NCBI GenBank assembly: GCA_002633005.1
Contig: NMRA01000084.1
Location: forward strand, 713,267-777,266
DNA: 64,000 nucleotides
Reading direction: 5' to 3'
Source of the DNA: Phoronis australis
Lineage: Eukaryota > Animalia > Phoronida
The notes under the pieces are model-generated. The model was not told the DNA's origin and did not search any database. It saw nothing but the letters and a program-made list of their open reading frames with translations. Made by a program: the position numbers and the translations under genes. Of the stretch, positions 1-13,912 are shown in pieces. Numbering within the stretch: position 1 is the first letter of the stretch; each line of letters starts with the position of its first letter.

Positions 1-2874
1 TACATGTAAGTTTTTGCCTGCAGCCAGGCCGTGGCGAACATTGAGAAACACGTAAGTAACTTATATTCGCTATAGTCTCTCGAAATCCGTACGAGTTCAA
101 ATTTTAGGCCATGTTTAGAATCCAGTTTCACCTTGGTTGAAAAATAACGTTTCAGTCTTCACTGACTTGTTACCGACAAACGGGTTGTTATGCTCGCAAG
201 AGGTCACAGCAAAACAATGCATTTGAGTCAGTAACATTTGTACGACTCATTCAATGACCATTTTAAGCCATAAGGTGCGCCACGTGATAAAAAGTATTCT
301 AACAATGCTATACAGCGCACCCCTCACTTTTGATACTTCGCGATTCATTGCCTTCCTCAGAAATACACGAACCGAAGAGTCAATATTTCCTTCACATAGA
401 AGAATTTAGATTTCACTGGCAGATTATTAACTTTCTAAAACAAAAATAGAAACACTGGCCCCACGTTAGAAGCTAAAAAGTATTTGTGACAACCTGATTT
501 TGGCAAACTCTGCCACCTCCAGGCGGTCGCTATCTTTCCTTGTTTCTCTGTACCCCTCCCACCTCCCCCTGTAGTCTTGTAGTCACCAATTTCGTAACAT
601 CCTATCCCCGGAGGATTCTGGTCAAGTTAGTGGTGGATTTTTTTAAATGAACTGGTCTTGGTTGTTTGGGCCACATTGTTTGATGCTGCTGTGCAGGTTC
701 GCAAAGTTAATGTGACCTGAAGCTAGTTCGCATCAAAAGGAGACCAGCGCATGCGTAAAGCTCAGTATCCTCTGTTTAGTGTTAGAAGGAAAAGCTCTGC
801 CAGCCATAGTGCTGAAATGTACATTTGCGTTTTGTAGGCAGTTTTGAAATTGATGACGTGCTTCCCAACTGTATGTAATAACGAGAAAAGGGCAATAATT
901 ACTCCGGGCGGTTATTAAAGAGAGGACCTTCTTTGAGGAGTGCATCTCAAAGCAGCATTTTACCCTGTTTTAGCGAAAAACGAAGCCGAATTAGTCTTTT
1001 TACACTTGCAACATCGGTCTCAGAATTGCCATTTACATGATGTCTGATGTTTCCCAGAACAACATACAAACCTTTAACAGCTCAAGAAACTCGTCATGGG
1101 AAAATCGTTGATTTTATTGAAATTCGAAAATGGCTGGCAGGCGGACTTACATTCAAAAACAAGTTAGTCACGTGATACAACAATGATCATTCCTTGTGAG
1201 TAAAGCGTAGATAAGGGTCCGTGCCGTGAAATGTAACCAAAACATTGTCATAGTTAAGACGTTCACTTGAGAAACCCTGATGTGGCTTAAAGTTATCGTT
1301 ACTTTCATGTGAGCAGGTTAATCGCACTGCAATGTCTCTACAGTGATATGACAGTTCTCGAATCGAAAGCAAAGGATCTTTAATTTTGATTTTGTTTAAG
1401 GACATATTAGATTGTGAAAAATATCAACGAATTTTGTTATTCGACATTTGACAATGATGATAGCTATAGTACCTTTGGTCATTTAGAGCTATTTCACAGA
1501 AGGCTAACTTTTGGATTTAGCTTAGACCGATTTCGGTATTAATTTTGGTCTTAAAATCATGCAACGGGGATAAGACAATTTGGTCTTGCGCTAGCCCGAC
1601 GTCGGTGTAAGTTAATACAGAAAAAGTTTCAGGTATTAAAGGGGACGCTGGCCTTTGTTCCCTTGACCCCACGACATTGGCTAGCTCTCGCTCCATCTGC
1701 ACCCGCGGCGAAAAATTTTTACTTACCGCCTGGAAACCAGAATTCAATCTCATACTTCAACACTCGAACCTCACCGACAGATCACTTCAGTGGCCCACAG
1801 TTTACTAAGATACATGTAGGCTTGTAAGTCCTCAAGCATACTCGTGTAACACTCGCCTTTCACCCGTGTGATTTTGCGAGGTTTTGGGAGTTCTCGCTTT
1901 TCTCGCAACAAACGGCTGCATGTAGTAGTAAGTCTATGGAACGTTCTGTTGGGTTTGGCTCCCCGGTTAAGAACTCGAATTACGTGTAAATATAGTTTTA
2001 AGTTGAAAAATTATACCATAATATCTAAAGCATAAAAAGAATGACAATTGATTACATCATTTGGGCACGTTCAAGACCGAAATAGAATGGTCGGGCATGA
2101 GGCTCTGTGTTTCTGAAAGGACGAAACGATTATTTGAATAATTGCGAATTCGAAAAATTAGAAAATCGAGTAAATTTTCAGGTTTTCGTTTTTTTAATCG
2201 AAAATTGGGAGTTTGAGAATTGACTCGATTTTCTAATTTTTCCAATTTGTAATTATTCGAATAATCAATTTCGTCGATTTTGGGGTTAAAGAACTCTTAG
2301 ATAATCGATTTTATTGACCCGTCAGGTTAAAAATGCAGCACTGACCACGTGACTGTCTGATTATACTGTGCAGAAGTTGAAAATGGAAGAATGATGGAGG
2401 CGATTTTGATTTTCTAATTCTCTGATTCGCAAGTGATGGAAAAAGAAATCGACCCCATTTTCGATATATCGGTCTAAGTAGCAATCCCGGTTACATTTTC
2501 ACTAAATCAATAATTCACTAGATTTCTTTAATTGTCAAAAAAACGAAAATTTTCAAAGTCAAAAACTGGCTTGGTTTTAGAGTTTTTCAATTTCTTTCTA
2601 ACCCAGGCCTTTTATCAACTGTTTCTCAATGTTGAAGATTCATCTGGTCTCCATGAGACAGTTATGAAGCACAAATAAGCTTTATACACTGTACGTAGTA
2701 TGCAGAAAGTCAGTGAGTTCAGTGGTGTTTACGTTTGTCTATGAATCATTACTTAGTGTTGTCAAATTGCAAAATAATGAAGTTGCAGCGAATAGTATGG
2801 TCATTTTCACTTCTTTAAAGCTGGTCATGATTTGGAGCCCTACTTTTTAAATTCGTATTTGCTTTTTACAGATA

Positions 2875-4344
2875 ATGTCATTGGAGAGAAAAACCATGGC
2901 GTTATTCTTTGTTCTTTTGTTGGCACATGCTTGCATTGCCGAAACAATTACGACACCTGTCAGCATTGGTGTCAACATTTTAACCCATTCAAGTAAAGAT
3001 TCGACAGCGTCGATGTTTCCTGTGTCTACATCGCCATCTTACGAAGCACGTGGCACCACGGATATGCCCAGAAACAACACGCCCTTGACGTCACAAGCAG
3101 AAGCTGGGGATGTCGACCGTCTCGCCACTACCACACATTGGGTTCAAACGACTAACAATCAAAATACGTCTGGTGTGGATAATGATGGCGGTGATAAAAT
3201 GTCCGAGAAAATGTGGTCATTCTGGACATTCCGGGCCGGCCATGGGATGTTCCGAGTTTACCCCTTACTCTTACTGGCAATAGGGAGCGTTGGAAATATT
3301 CTCGCACTAACTGTGTTCATTCAACCGCGAATGATCAAATTCCCCACGTATATTTACTTGACAACCATCGCAGTCTTTGACACTGTAGTCCTATTAACAA
3401 ACGCGTTGACAGCAATTGGTGAAGTTTACAACAGTTCTATCATAAGCAATTTCTTCTGTAAATTCATTTCATATCTCAACAGTACCTCTATTCATATTTC
3501 TGTTTGGCTTGTTGTTTCGGTGACAGTCGAGAGAGCTGTTGCCATAGGTTTACCTTTGAAAGCTGCCCACATATCCACGCGAAAGAACGCAGTCATAGTT
3601 ATTGCTGTAGTTATCATAGCTTTCGCCCTTCTAAACATGCACTTGTTCTGGACCATGATGATGCCAGAGGGTTTGGTTCCCCCAAGGTGTAAAGCTGACG
3701 TCGTTCAGTATGAGTCATTCTTAAAGGCTTGGCCGTGGATAGATGCATCATTGTTTGCTTTTGTGCCTTGCATTTTGTTATTCGTCTTGAACATAACTGT
3801 AATTGTTCTTATGAAAAGGGCTAACGAACGAATGAGGAATTTGACCAATCAACAGCAAGGTTCTGGAACACGTCATGTACAAAGTACACAAGTAACGGTG
3901 ATGTTACTCATAGTTTCGTTTTTCTTTCTTATCTGTGTGACGCCGTCTGCGGTGCTGTTCCTTTTTCGCTACGTGTATTGGGAGTATCGATTCCGTAGTT
4001 ACCCAAATGAATACGCCAGATTTGTCCTCGTGCGACAAATTTTATTGTTTTTGTTCCTGTGCAACAATTCATTTAACTTTCTGTTATATGCCGCATCTGG
4101 AAAACGATTTCGCGAAGAGTTTGCTAGAATATTTTGTAGCTGTTGCAAAAAACCCTGGTTTATAAGGATGCGCGAAAATGTACGATTGAGAAGTAAGCAG
4201 AGCATGACGACAACTACTTCCGGAAGTTTGCACACGATTCTGTCAAAAACAAGCAGTGCCACCAGTGTTAAGCCAGCGGAAATTGAAACAAATTTTGAGA
4301 CTAAATCCAACAAAGTCGACGATTTTGAGAACGGCAAACAATAA
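2875..4344 (+). CDS. Class A (rhodopsin-like) GPCR, FMRFamide/myosuppressin/sex-peptide-receptor/GPR139-142-like peptide receptor group, 489 aa, single coding exon
   Basis: Seven hydrophobic segments with class A motifs: TM1 GSVGN, TM2 IAVFD, TM3 C...SVTVERAVAI (DRY variant), ECL2 Cys, TM5 FVPC, TM6 FFLICVTP, TM7 NNSFNFLLY, helix 8 GKRFREEF and a CSCC palmitoylation cluster. Splice acceptor ttttacAG at 2870-2871 lies 3 nt before the ATG. AATAAA at 4996-5001. Confidence 0.93.
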   Translation: MSLERKTMALFFVLLLAHACIAETITTPVSIGVNILTHSSKDSTASMFPVSTSPSYEARGTTDMPRNNTPLTSQAEAGDVDRLATTTHWVQTTNNQNTSGVDNDGGDKMSEKMWSFWTFRAGHGMFRVYPLLLLAIGSVGNILALTVFIQPRMIKFPTYIYLTTIAVFDTVVLLTNALTAIGEVYNSSIISNFFCKFISYLNSTSIHISVWLVVSVTVERAVAIGLPLKAAHISTRKNAVIVIAVVIIAFALLNMHLFWTMMMPEGLVPPRCKADVVQYESFLKAWPWIDASLFAFVPCILLFVLNITVIVLMKRANERMRNLTNQQQGSGTRHVQSTQVTVMLLIVSFFFLICVTPSAVLFLFRYVYWEYRFRSYPNEYARFVLVRQILLFLFLCNNSFNFLLYAASGKRFREEFARIFCSCCKKPWFIRMRENVRLRSKQSMTTTTSGSLHTILSKTSSATSVKPAEIETNFETKSNKVDDFENGKQ

Positions 4345-6182
4345 TGGAAGACTTTTAAATAGCAACTTGGCGATTGGTCATGTGGGACCAGATACCAGTG
4401 ACATCTAGAGGACGAGGAGGCATTTTATAACTTTTGCGTAAACCACATGCACTGTAAAAGGGTCTTTTCACGAAGTCAAACTGTTCCCTATGCCACCCGC
4501 TGCGAAGACAAAGCCAATTTCTGATTCAGCTAAGTGGCGTTATGAATTACTGTTCCAACGTGATCAACCCCTATTGCTTCCTGGATCTATTGCAGAAGTC
4601 AGTTATGTTCGATACGTATCACTGAACGATCACTGACTATGTGACGTTCGAAAAACACTTTATCCTGACGTGTGTCATGTCTTCAAAGCAGAAACTGGGA
4701 ACCGAATGATCGTATTTTCAGTGCTTCGACATATCAGGTGTTAGGTTTGGTCAACCTAGACCAATCGGTGTAACTTTCATTTTAACATGTTTAACGGAGT
4801 TGTATCATTACCTCATGTGAAATATATGTGTTATGGTTTCAAGTAATGTGTTTCGCAAAATGATTTACATTTTATTGACAGTTGAAATACCAATAGGGCA
4901 TTGTTGTTGCAAGTAAGAATTTTATATCAACATTATTTTGGGAGAAAAACGTTTATCATTTCTTAGGTAAGTGTGATTGTGTGAAGAACTATAGTAATAA
5001 AAGTGACACTTGTTTTTTTTTCCACTACAAGATACATTCAGTATCGTTGCCACTTGTTCGCCTGGTGAAGGCTTTAACGTATAGATGACTCAGTTTTGTG
5101 AATAGGACTGTTAGAATTACAATTAAACGGACTTTTTATATGATACACAACAAAACCAATTCATATCTTTGATCTGTAGAACTCTAGAGATGGAATGCAA
5201 ACTCTCGCACGTGACCTGTGTTTTAGTTAGAGCTTGCGACTCCGAGAAGTAACGCGAGGGTTGACACTGTGAATTTCCGGTTGTCTGCTCGCTTGAGTTT
5301 CGAATAGCTGTTGCAGCTTCGGAATTTCGTTGCAGTTGTCAAATAAGCCTAATTTCATGGCTTCATTTTCATTTTGTCATTTTTGTTCATCAAACGAGAC
5401 CCTCAGGGTACCGTTCCATTCAATTGGGAACTTCTAGGCAAAATCAGTCAACAAACCAGAAACTAGAATTACACTGGACATTCTTTATACGCACCGACCC
5501 GTGGCAGTGACTGGATGCCGGCAATAATCTCGCGCCTGATACCTTTTCAGCTTCAGTCTTAGAGTCACTTTCGACAAGCTATCAAGCTGCATGTGAAAAA
5601 TTTCTCAACAAAACATCTTCGGGTATTAAATTAATGTTACTGTACTTTACGGAAAGAAGTGACATTTGGTTTCGGAAAGTTTGTTTTGCAATAACAGACA
5701 AACATTTGTTAGACCCTACATACTGGTGTGTTTACGTAGCTTTCCGAAAACTACTGGTGTATTTATTTCCGTAGCTTAGTGTGCGGGTACATATATATTC
5801 ATGTATGCGTGTATACACCTATTTTTAATTTTTCTATTATTCTTTTTTTCAGTGTTTACCTGTTGCCCAGATACTTTCTGTTAATTTGATTTGTGAGCGG
5901 CAATGTTTCCCGAAGTATTCGCCTATACCCGCGAAATGAAATTTAAAAACTAAAGTTTACCTTGTAAAAGAATCCAATCCGATATTTTATGTTACTGACA
6001 GCGTACATTGCCTGGCTGTCCCACTTTTTGAACTCACTCTACACCATCAAAATAACCCGCTCTACTTTCCCATGCTACTTAAAAGATAAAATTCGGCACG
6101 TTAAAACAATTTTTGCGGTTCTCGAACTTTCCCATTCGAATAACGAAAAACTTATGTCTAGCGCTTTTGGGTTTACCTCTCC

Positions 6183-6764
6183 CAGTGTTCGATTTGGTGA
6201 CCTACAGGTAGCCAATGCGACCTCAGTTGCGTTTGGCGACTTGTGAAAAATTTCAAGTCGCCACGAAGTCGCCTCAGCGAACATCGAAGTCAGCCAATAA
6301 TTAATCCGAAATTCGTTTCGAAGTGTGTGGTGACTTCCAAACTTTCACTTAGTAACAGTTTTCCAAGATTTAATACATTTGGTTCACAATTGGTGCTTTT
6401 GCCACCCCCAACAGTAAGCACATATCAAATGTGCTTCAATTACAACTTGAAGTAAACAGACGGAAGTCGGACTTTTTCTGCAAAAATCGGCAAGATCGGT
6501 GAAACACGCGCCTCCGGTGAATGCGATCGTCTGCGTTCAATCTTCGTTGACAGGAGAAACTAAGTGAGAGATTGAATGGTAAGACTACTGATTTATACCG
6601 GGAAAAACTGAAGAGGTACAAGTTTCTGGGAACGGAGTGCGGCACTACCTTTTTAGTCCACGATTTCGACGCCACTTTAGTTGACCTCAGACTTCTCTTG
6701 GCGACCTGGTATTTTCGCCAAGTCGCCAAATTCGACTTGCAGTCAAGCCAAGCGTCGAGCACTG
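6183..6764. mobile_element. Non-autonomous DNA transposon (hAT-like MITE)
   Basis: Terminal inverted repeats CAGTGTTCGA...TCGAGCACTG, with subterminal GGCGAC/GTCGCC repeats at both ends. A partial copy of the right end is at about 60600-60690. No target duplication is visible. Confidence 0.55.
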
Positions 6765-9700
6765 CTTGCGTTTGGGCAAAGGCCCAGATGTCCTGCTTTT
6801 AATCCGGAAGTCCCGATTTTCAATCCAGTTGTCCCGTGACAGCTATACAACAAGTGTTCAAAATATCATTGTTTCTTGGTTACGAATGGCATTGTTATTT
6901 TCCACAATTCACTTTCTAAGTAAAATAACAATCGTACAAATGTGACAATGCCTCTCGTTTACGGTAACACACACTACATGTATCAAGATCACTAATGTTT
7001 ACTTGCTGAAGATTTGGGTTTTTTCCTAAACTTCCATGGAAAGTCCTGCACTGCCACCAATGTAATACGCTATCCACAGTACTCTTCAAAACAACACAAT
7101 AGATGTTAGCCCATTTTATATCAGAAAACACTGATCTGCAAATTTGGTATAAGTAGCTGAGAAATTAATTTATGAATTATTTTGCATATTTCAGCATCCT
7201 GAATTTTTAGTGAAGAATGTAATAGTATCAAACGGCACCGAATTCCAATTAATATTTTAAGATTTGCATGAATGTCTGACTTCAAAGTAGCTGTGAGGGA
7301 CCCATATTCTGACATCCACTGTTTTCCCGGTAGCAATCTGTTGAATCATTGAACTTATTTCCCTGCTGGTAAAATTACTCATTCGTGTAATCTCCTGACT
7401 CATTTCCGTTTATGTTGTTCTAAATGAATTGACGTTAAACTTTATCAGTTGTATAATTAGTATATAAGTCAGCCAATTAATACACGAAGTATTCGATTGT
7501 TACACTCTCATATTTTCGCATTTTGGTTACACGCTTGGTTTTTAGAATTAAAAAGTATGCGAAATTACAGTTATCTATTACATGTAAGTAAATTATTTAT
7601 CTTTTGCTTCTGGTATGATCATACATCATCAAGAACTGTTGAAGGGCTTTCTTATGGTATGACTCTTAAGCAACTCTGATTTGGAGTTGGGAAAAGTTTC
7701 AGTTACAATAAAAATGTGGCGCATTTTTTATTGGCCAGGTGCTAAAATATATGTGGTCCTAAGTACGTGATTTTGGTGTCGCTTTAGTACTCCGGTGGTG
7801 CTTGATCATGTCGATATATTTTAAGGAAATTGTAAGCTTTCGAAGTTATTGCAACACGTCTAAGTGGCTTTACGTTGCGCCTAGCAGCTACTGTAGGCAG
7901 TGCTTGTACCCACGAATCGCGGAATTGCAGATGGAAACAAACGGATACTAAGAGATCCCGTGCATGCGCGGCACAACCTCAGCAGCGAAGATGGCTTCCC
8001 GAGTCTACAGTTCTATGCTTTGATTCAAGTACAAAAAATCCGCATACCATGTTTATCTCACACTGAATAGTCCTGGAAATTTAATCGTTTTCCCCGTAGA
8101 AATGATCGTCATGGTCAGTAACGTTTTATTTTCCCACCTTAAACTTGGCCTTACTCTATCGTTTTCCGGCGCCCTTGTACCTCGCCCGTTTTCATGCAGA
8201 ACCCCGTGTCAGCTGCTCGACCATGATTTGTGTAACAAGATCACACGTCGCACGGAAAACGACGAGTAGTGTACACGTATCGAGCTTTTTAAAATAACTA
8301 TTAACTAGGCACCTCTTAATATTACTTTTCGATTAAAATAGACGTATTTGTTGAATGAAAAGATAAAAATTAATGTGAAATCTCATTTTTGTCTAGTTTG
8401 AAATGACAAAAAATCTATAATTCGGCAATTTTAAGGTTGAATTTAAAAATTCTTGAACAAAAAGTCAAACGAGGCGCAACACGCGGGTCATGTTTTCGTA
8501 TTCTTATCTCTCGGTTTGTTAATTCACAAAAAATAACAGTATGTATAGTTACACACTATTTCCACTTGTTGAGCCTGGCGCTATCAGTTAGCAACCAAAA
8601 AATAAGAGGTATCTCTATACAACATTATTGCTCAAGATTCAAACATGCCTCACAGCACTTCAAGATTCCAGACATAACTCAAAACTTTCCAATCCTGGGG
8701 CAATGACATACCTTTAGGTAAAACATTGAATTCAGAGTACCACCAGTGTAAGGATTATCTGAGCGTTGTGACTCTTATTGAAAGCCAGGAAACAGGTTTT
8801 GAAAGCCCATGTGTGTATAGTGGATATACATAAATAATTTCTCTGTCATACTACGTTCATAAATCATTGAGCTGTTTGACTTTTGTTATTCTGTAAACGG
8901 GGTGCGGTATGGCACGTTCATTGATCACCCGTGACGAGACCTAACGAATAAAGGTAACGAAATAGAAGCTCACATATCCGTATAACGTCATGTATAGTGA
9001 GCGATCAGGTACATACATTTATGTCAGATCTCCTTTACGATTCGAAAATAGGTCCCCAGGCAACAAAACGCATCAATAAGCAACGAACGTGCATCGCAAA
9101 CATTGTCCAAGACACAACTCCTAAAGTTGCTTCGTAATGCAATAAAATTCATTTTGCTTTATCTTGACATGTTTACCCAGCAGTTGCAAAAATGGATTAG
9201 TAATGCAGGGTCTTTTCGTCAAGTATATGAATTTAACCAGCTATCTACACGACTATCGATTTTAACTCAGTAAGAGTATATATCACGTGAAAGCAGGAAG
9301 CCAATGAAAATTAATATTTAGCTTATTACTAATCTTTTATTAATTTTGTCACTTGACCTTATCTTTGAGGTAAAATATTAGTAAGGAGAAGGGTACATCC
9401 TCGCTAAAATAACGGTATCAATAATATAATTTTTTCGTTTTCCTTTTAGGCGTATTTTGCTGTTTTCATAAAAATCATAAAAACCTTAACAGCACCTTAT
9501 AACAATTTGAAGACAAATGTGCATAAAACCTGGCATTGCAGCTCCATAGGAAGTTAGCAAAATTTAGAAATTTTCTACGCCGTCTTACATAACTGTAAGT
9601 GGGAAACAGGATAAATGCCCTCTTGCTTGTAGGTTGACCCATTTCCATACGTACACTTTATAGGGTGTCCAAGTTTAGTCACCGTCTAATTTATAGGATA

Positions 9701-10957
9701 GCACCTCGAAATCGGGGACACAGATATCCATGCAAGAGGCTCGTACATTAATTCAGAAAAGTTTCAAAAAATTTCCGCTCAGCAATATTTTAACCCCCCC
9801 AGATCTAGAACTCTTGTCATAGAGTATTAGATGGATATTGAACATACCACCTCACAACATCAGAACAATACTGAGTAGATTTTTGTTCGAGCTTTAAATC
9901 ACTATGATTACGCAAATTTTAAGAAATTTCAGTAACTAAATATTTTAGCACTGTGTTCGGCAACTGATACCAGTGACCGCCATACAAGTGACAATGAACG
10001 TTGAGTTGACGTCACTTTTCGGGAAAGCCATCAATCAAAGGCAGGTGCACACGATACGTCTTTTAAATGGGATGTCTCGCTATTTTTATCGGTGGCAAGT
10101 TGTAGCAACAATTGAGCCAGTGCATACCAGTACGACTGTTTTGTGACAGAAGTACCTCGCAGCGTCTACATTATATCAAAAGCATTAGCAGATATAGCAT
10201 ACAGCATAACGCATGTCTTTCCACCTCGAGCAAGACTTGCCCTGTCGCGTGCGCTTTATGACGGTTGCGCGAAACAGTCCAAAATAGGGATTCAACTAAG
10301 TTCCCTCAATCTACTACAAACAATATCATAGGGACAGGTCACAGCACACCAATACTGCATTCATCATTGCTGCATTACTTGTTAGTGTATTCCAGTGACA
10401 ACAGTAAATTTGATCATGATATCGTGGCTCGATCTGTTACACGAACAATGCGAATTTGATATCTTGAACCCGGATCTCTTCCTGAACGGATCCAACATGT
10501 AGCCAGATGACACGAGGCTAACACCAGTTCTATGATTCTGTTTTTGGGGGGCCGGGGGCACTTTTGATTTGGTGTTGTTTTTGATATCACAAACCCGTGT
10601 ATTCTATAAAAGCAAAAAGCCCCACGTTCATACGCACATAAATCATAATGTTCTGCTTTGTGGGAGTATTTACAGTGTACAAGCTCGGAACACTTGCGCC
10701 ATAAGGTTGCATAGGCTGATTTAGGGGACAAGAGGTCCAGGACACGACCAGGAAAAAAGAAGATGAAAAATGCCGCCAACATGCCGTTTTTAGAGAATAC
10801 ACGTACATTTTCCATTGAAATTTGTTTTTGCCCCTACGCCTTGAGACACCCTACATGTAGATCCGCCAGTGGGTCGCTTTTCTATATTCCTGTTGCGGTT
10901 ATCTAGGACATTAATAAACTACCTTAACTCCAAGTCAAATATCGAAAAATCATGGTT

Positions 10958-11425
10958 TTTCAACTATTAAAAGTATATTTTATGCTTTCTGAAAGGAGCA
11001 AGATCGATGATTCTAAAAATATGCTTCTTATTGCTGTGTCGTTGTTATTGTCAGGTGATCACGTTTTTTCATATGCAAGAAAGGTACATTCATAGCAAAA
11101 TAACCCCCTAGCCGATTTTACTAAAACTTTTTTAAATGAAAATTTCACTTTATGTCTAAAAACGCTGTTAGGAATTTTGTTATTTACTTAGTTCTGCTTT
11201 TATGCCAAATTAATTCCAAGACACAAGGAATTTTTGTAAAAAAGCAGCGGTCTTATTCGTATATCGCTCGGTACGCGAAAACTAGGCACTTAAATATTGC
11301 TAACAGCGTTTGTGAGACATAACGCAAAGTCAAATGACAATAATAAAAACACAGTAGTTAGAAGCATATTTTTAGAATCTTCGGTCTTTCTCCGTTCAGA
11401 AAATATATACTTTTAATGGTTGACA
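10958..11425. mobile_element. MITE-like element with about 95-bp imperfect inverted arms
   Basis: About 10958-11053 (caactattaaaagtatatttt...attctaaaaatatgcttct...ttattgtca) is the reverse complement of about 11335-11425. An internal inverted pair ttatgtctaaaacgctgttag / ctaacagcgtttgtgagacataa is also present. Confidence 0.55.
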
Positions 11426-12260
11426 AAGCATAATTCTAACACGCAAGGTCTCGGCGTTTGAACGGAATTTTGGCCAACGTACGTAATTCTTGCTAGACAT
11501 GTGGGGTGAAAAATCTTCGCTTTTTGAATGGAAACGATCTTTTCTATTTAATAATTCGACATTCCACCCTGTGCAGCCATTTTGCTAGTTTACGCTAGTA
11601 AGATCACCAGCTTACTAGTGAAACACCCGCCTTTCACTCGCGTGTTTCTCCCTGGTCTTGTGGGATCTTGCAAAGTTCGCAAGGAACTTGCCCTGGCCTA
11701 CGTGACCCACCTTTGCCCGTGCATCACACGAGAGGGCTACGGAAGTGACAATAACGCCTATAATGTCATGTTGATATGGGATCCCAAGGATTATTCACAT
11801 TTGAAAACGGCTGGGAGAACACTCTGTGCACAATAGCTGCTCAGTGTTGAGAAACATTTACGACAAAAAGTTTGTGGGTGGTCTGAAAATAATTTTGTCT
11901 TCCCACAAATGGATTCCTCAATCAAAAAGTTGTTAACACACCCAGCATCGCCGCGGTGTTTATTCCTGCTGCATAAGTTGCATTTAATGACCGAAGTTTA
12001 ATTAATAAGTGTTAACTGGGAATTATTCAGCGTTGTGCCATATAAATATAGCTTTTCTTAATCAGTTTGGTGAGTTTTGCGTGGTTCGCTAATTGAAATG
12101 TAAAATCAAAGATCTCCGTGGAACTTCGTGTGTGACGAATGTCTGCGCTCGCAGAGTTTACTTCAAAGAAAGTAACATATGAAACAGTAGAGGCGATAAA
12201 CGTAATACAATAACATAATATCACAATTACATCCAATTTCAAAACGGTGGTTTAAGTTAA

Positions 12261-13435
12261 AGATGCTTTGTCTTATAAAAACCGTGAATATTTAAAAATG
12301 TAACAAGCGCCACCTAACGACTTCCTGGTGAACTGTGTGTACACGTATAGTCAGGAACAGAAACAATTTGTAAATAAACAGCACAGTTGATAAACAGGGT
12401 ATGAACGTATAAAAAGTCCTAGTAATTCCAAATATTACGCAATCAATATTTAATAGTGAAATGTAATAAAGTATAATGTTAAAACTTTTTGTGTGCGTGG
12501 ATAGAATTGTATACATGTGTATGAAAATGATTTATTTATATTCGTAATCACATGTCATTGTAATCTTAACATCAGTTTTTTTAATTTATGTATTTGTGTA
12601 TAGTAATTGTATATAGATTTCTTTGTATTTATTTAACCCAGATATAATGCCTCTTGGCGCTTTCTGTGTTATGTTTATTCATTGTATCGAAGATTTCGTA
12701 ATATACATTAAAAAATAGTGAAATAAACAAATAATAAAAACTGTACCAACTGTTTCATTAGGTTAACGACAATGCTGTAGGGGTTTCCCACGGATTCGTA
12801 TGTCGTCCTAAGAAATGTGGACGAGAAGTGTGTGCACTTATACTTAGAGTTTGCACTACCAGAGACGCAAAATGTCATGATGTTGAATACTGTCCAAGGT
12901 GGGGGCAAAATGAAATTACAGAACGAAATATGCTTTCGTTGCGGTCACCGTGAGGTCGGCGTAAGGAGTGTTGGCCGAGTAGTCAGACCTCAGTTGTCAA
13001 TGGCGTTCAGCTTCTGCACACACCAAGATCTTGCAGGGACTTGATTATAGAAACATTATCAGGGTATCCTTTTGGATGGAGAGTGCCACAGATAAATTAT
13101 AATACCTACCCATTTACAAAGCAATTCCATGTGAAAAACCATGACACCTGCCACAGTATTGTTGCAGAACATCACAAAAGGCAAACTTTCAGAGTGTTTT
13201 TAATATTTGCTTATTTCACTATTAATTGACGATTGCGTAATATTTGGAATTCGTAGTTTTGTATTTTTGCACTTGTTTCTAAGTGCATTAGTTGTAGCGT
13301 TTTCTTTAAAACCGCACTTTATTTACAATTTTTTTCTTTTCCTGATTATACATGTACACAAAGTTCTCCAGGAAGTCACTAGGTGGTGCTTGCTACAAAT
13401 TTGAATATTCACGGTTTTAATGAGATATAGCATCT
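12261..13435. mobile_element. Kolobok-like non-autonomous DNA transposon
   Basis: TTAA|AGATGC...GCATCT|TTAA ends (TTAA at 12257-12260 and 13436-13439) and about 200-bp imperfect terminal inverted repeats. A TTAA target with RR/YY termini is the Kolobok signature. Confidence 0.7.
12463..12713 (+). mobile_element. Short insertion (probable 3' tail of a non-LTR retroelement) nested in the Kolobok-like element
   Basis: Flanked by an exact 11-bp direct repeat AATAGTGAAAT (12452-12462, 12714-12724). It interrupts the left TIR, whose match to the right TIR resumes afterwards, and it has an A-rich 3' end. Confidence 0.5.
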
Positions 13436-13912
13436 TTAAAACTGGTTGAAATTGGACTTAGACTAAGTTTAACGATTATCTGCATTTCATGAAGGTAGTT
13501 TAGCCACTGGACTGGTAATATCTGTTTAAACCTGGAATAGGCCTGTTTTCATTTCAACACTCCCCCCACCTCTCTTGGCCGCCAACACAATCATGAATAG
13601 CAAAATAACACGGAATTTCTTGGCAATATATCATGTTGCGGCTAATTGTGCACGTGTACTTTTGAGTGTGTGTGTGTTTGTTATAGGCGCAGATATCACA
13701 AAAATGAGAAATGTTGCACCCCTGCCTCATGACATCCGAGATCCGCCACTGGTTACCGCGCCGATTTTCTTTCTAATTTTTTCTCTCTCTTTTTGGCTTC
13801 ATTTTTAGTGTTTCCAAAAGTTCTTAAACTCAGTTTGCTGCTATCTTTTTGCGATTCGGGAACTGTGCAGTCAGTCTTGACTAATGGCTCTGCAAATCTG
13901 CTTTTTTGTAAG

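Noticed and set aside
3504-4337. ORFs 3504-3692(+) and 3999-4337(-)
   Set aside because: Shadow frames of the GPCR with no independent signals.
7652-8716. Possible Kolobok-like element with decayed ends (ttatggtat... / ...atacctttag)
   Set aside because: Terminal similarity is too degraded to fix boundaries or a target site.
12027-12242. Minus ORF with hydrophobic start and RHTR site, resembling a secreted precursor
   Set aside because: Starts at TTG with no in-frame ATG or clear acceptor before the hydrophobic stretch, abuts a transposon end, and has no amidation motif.
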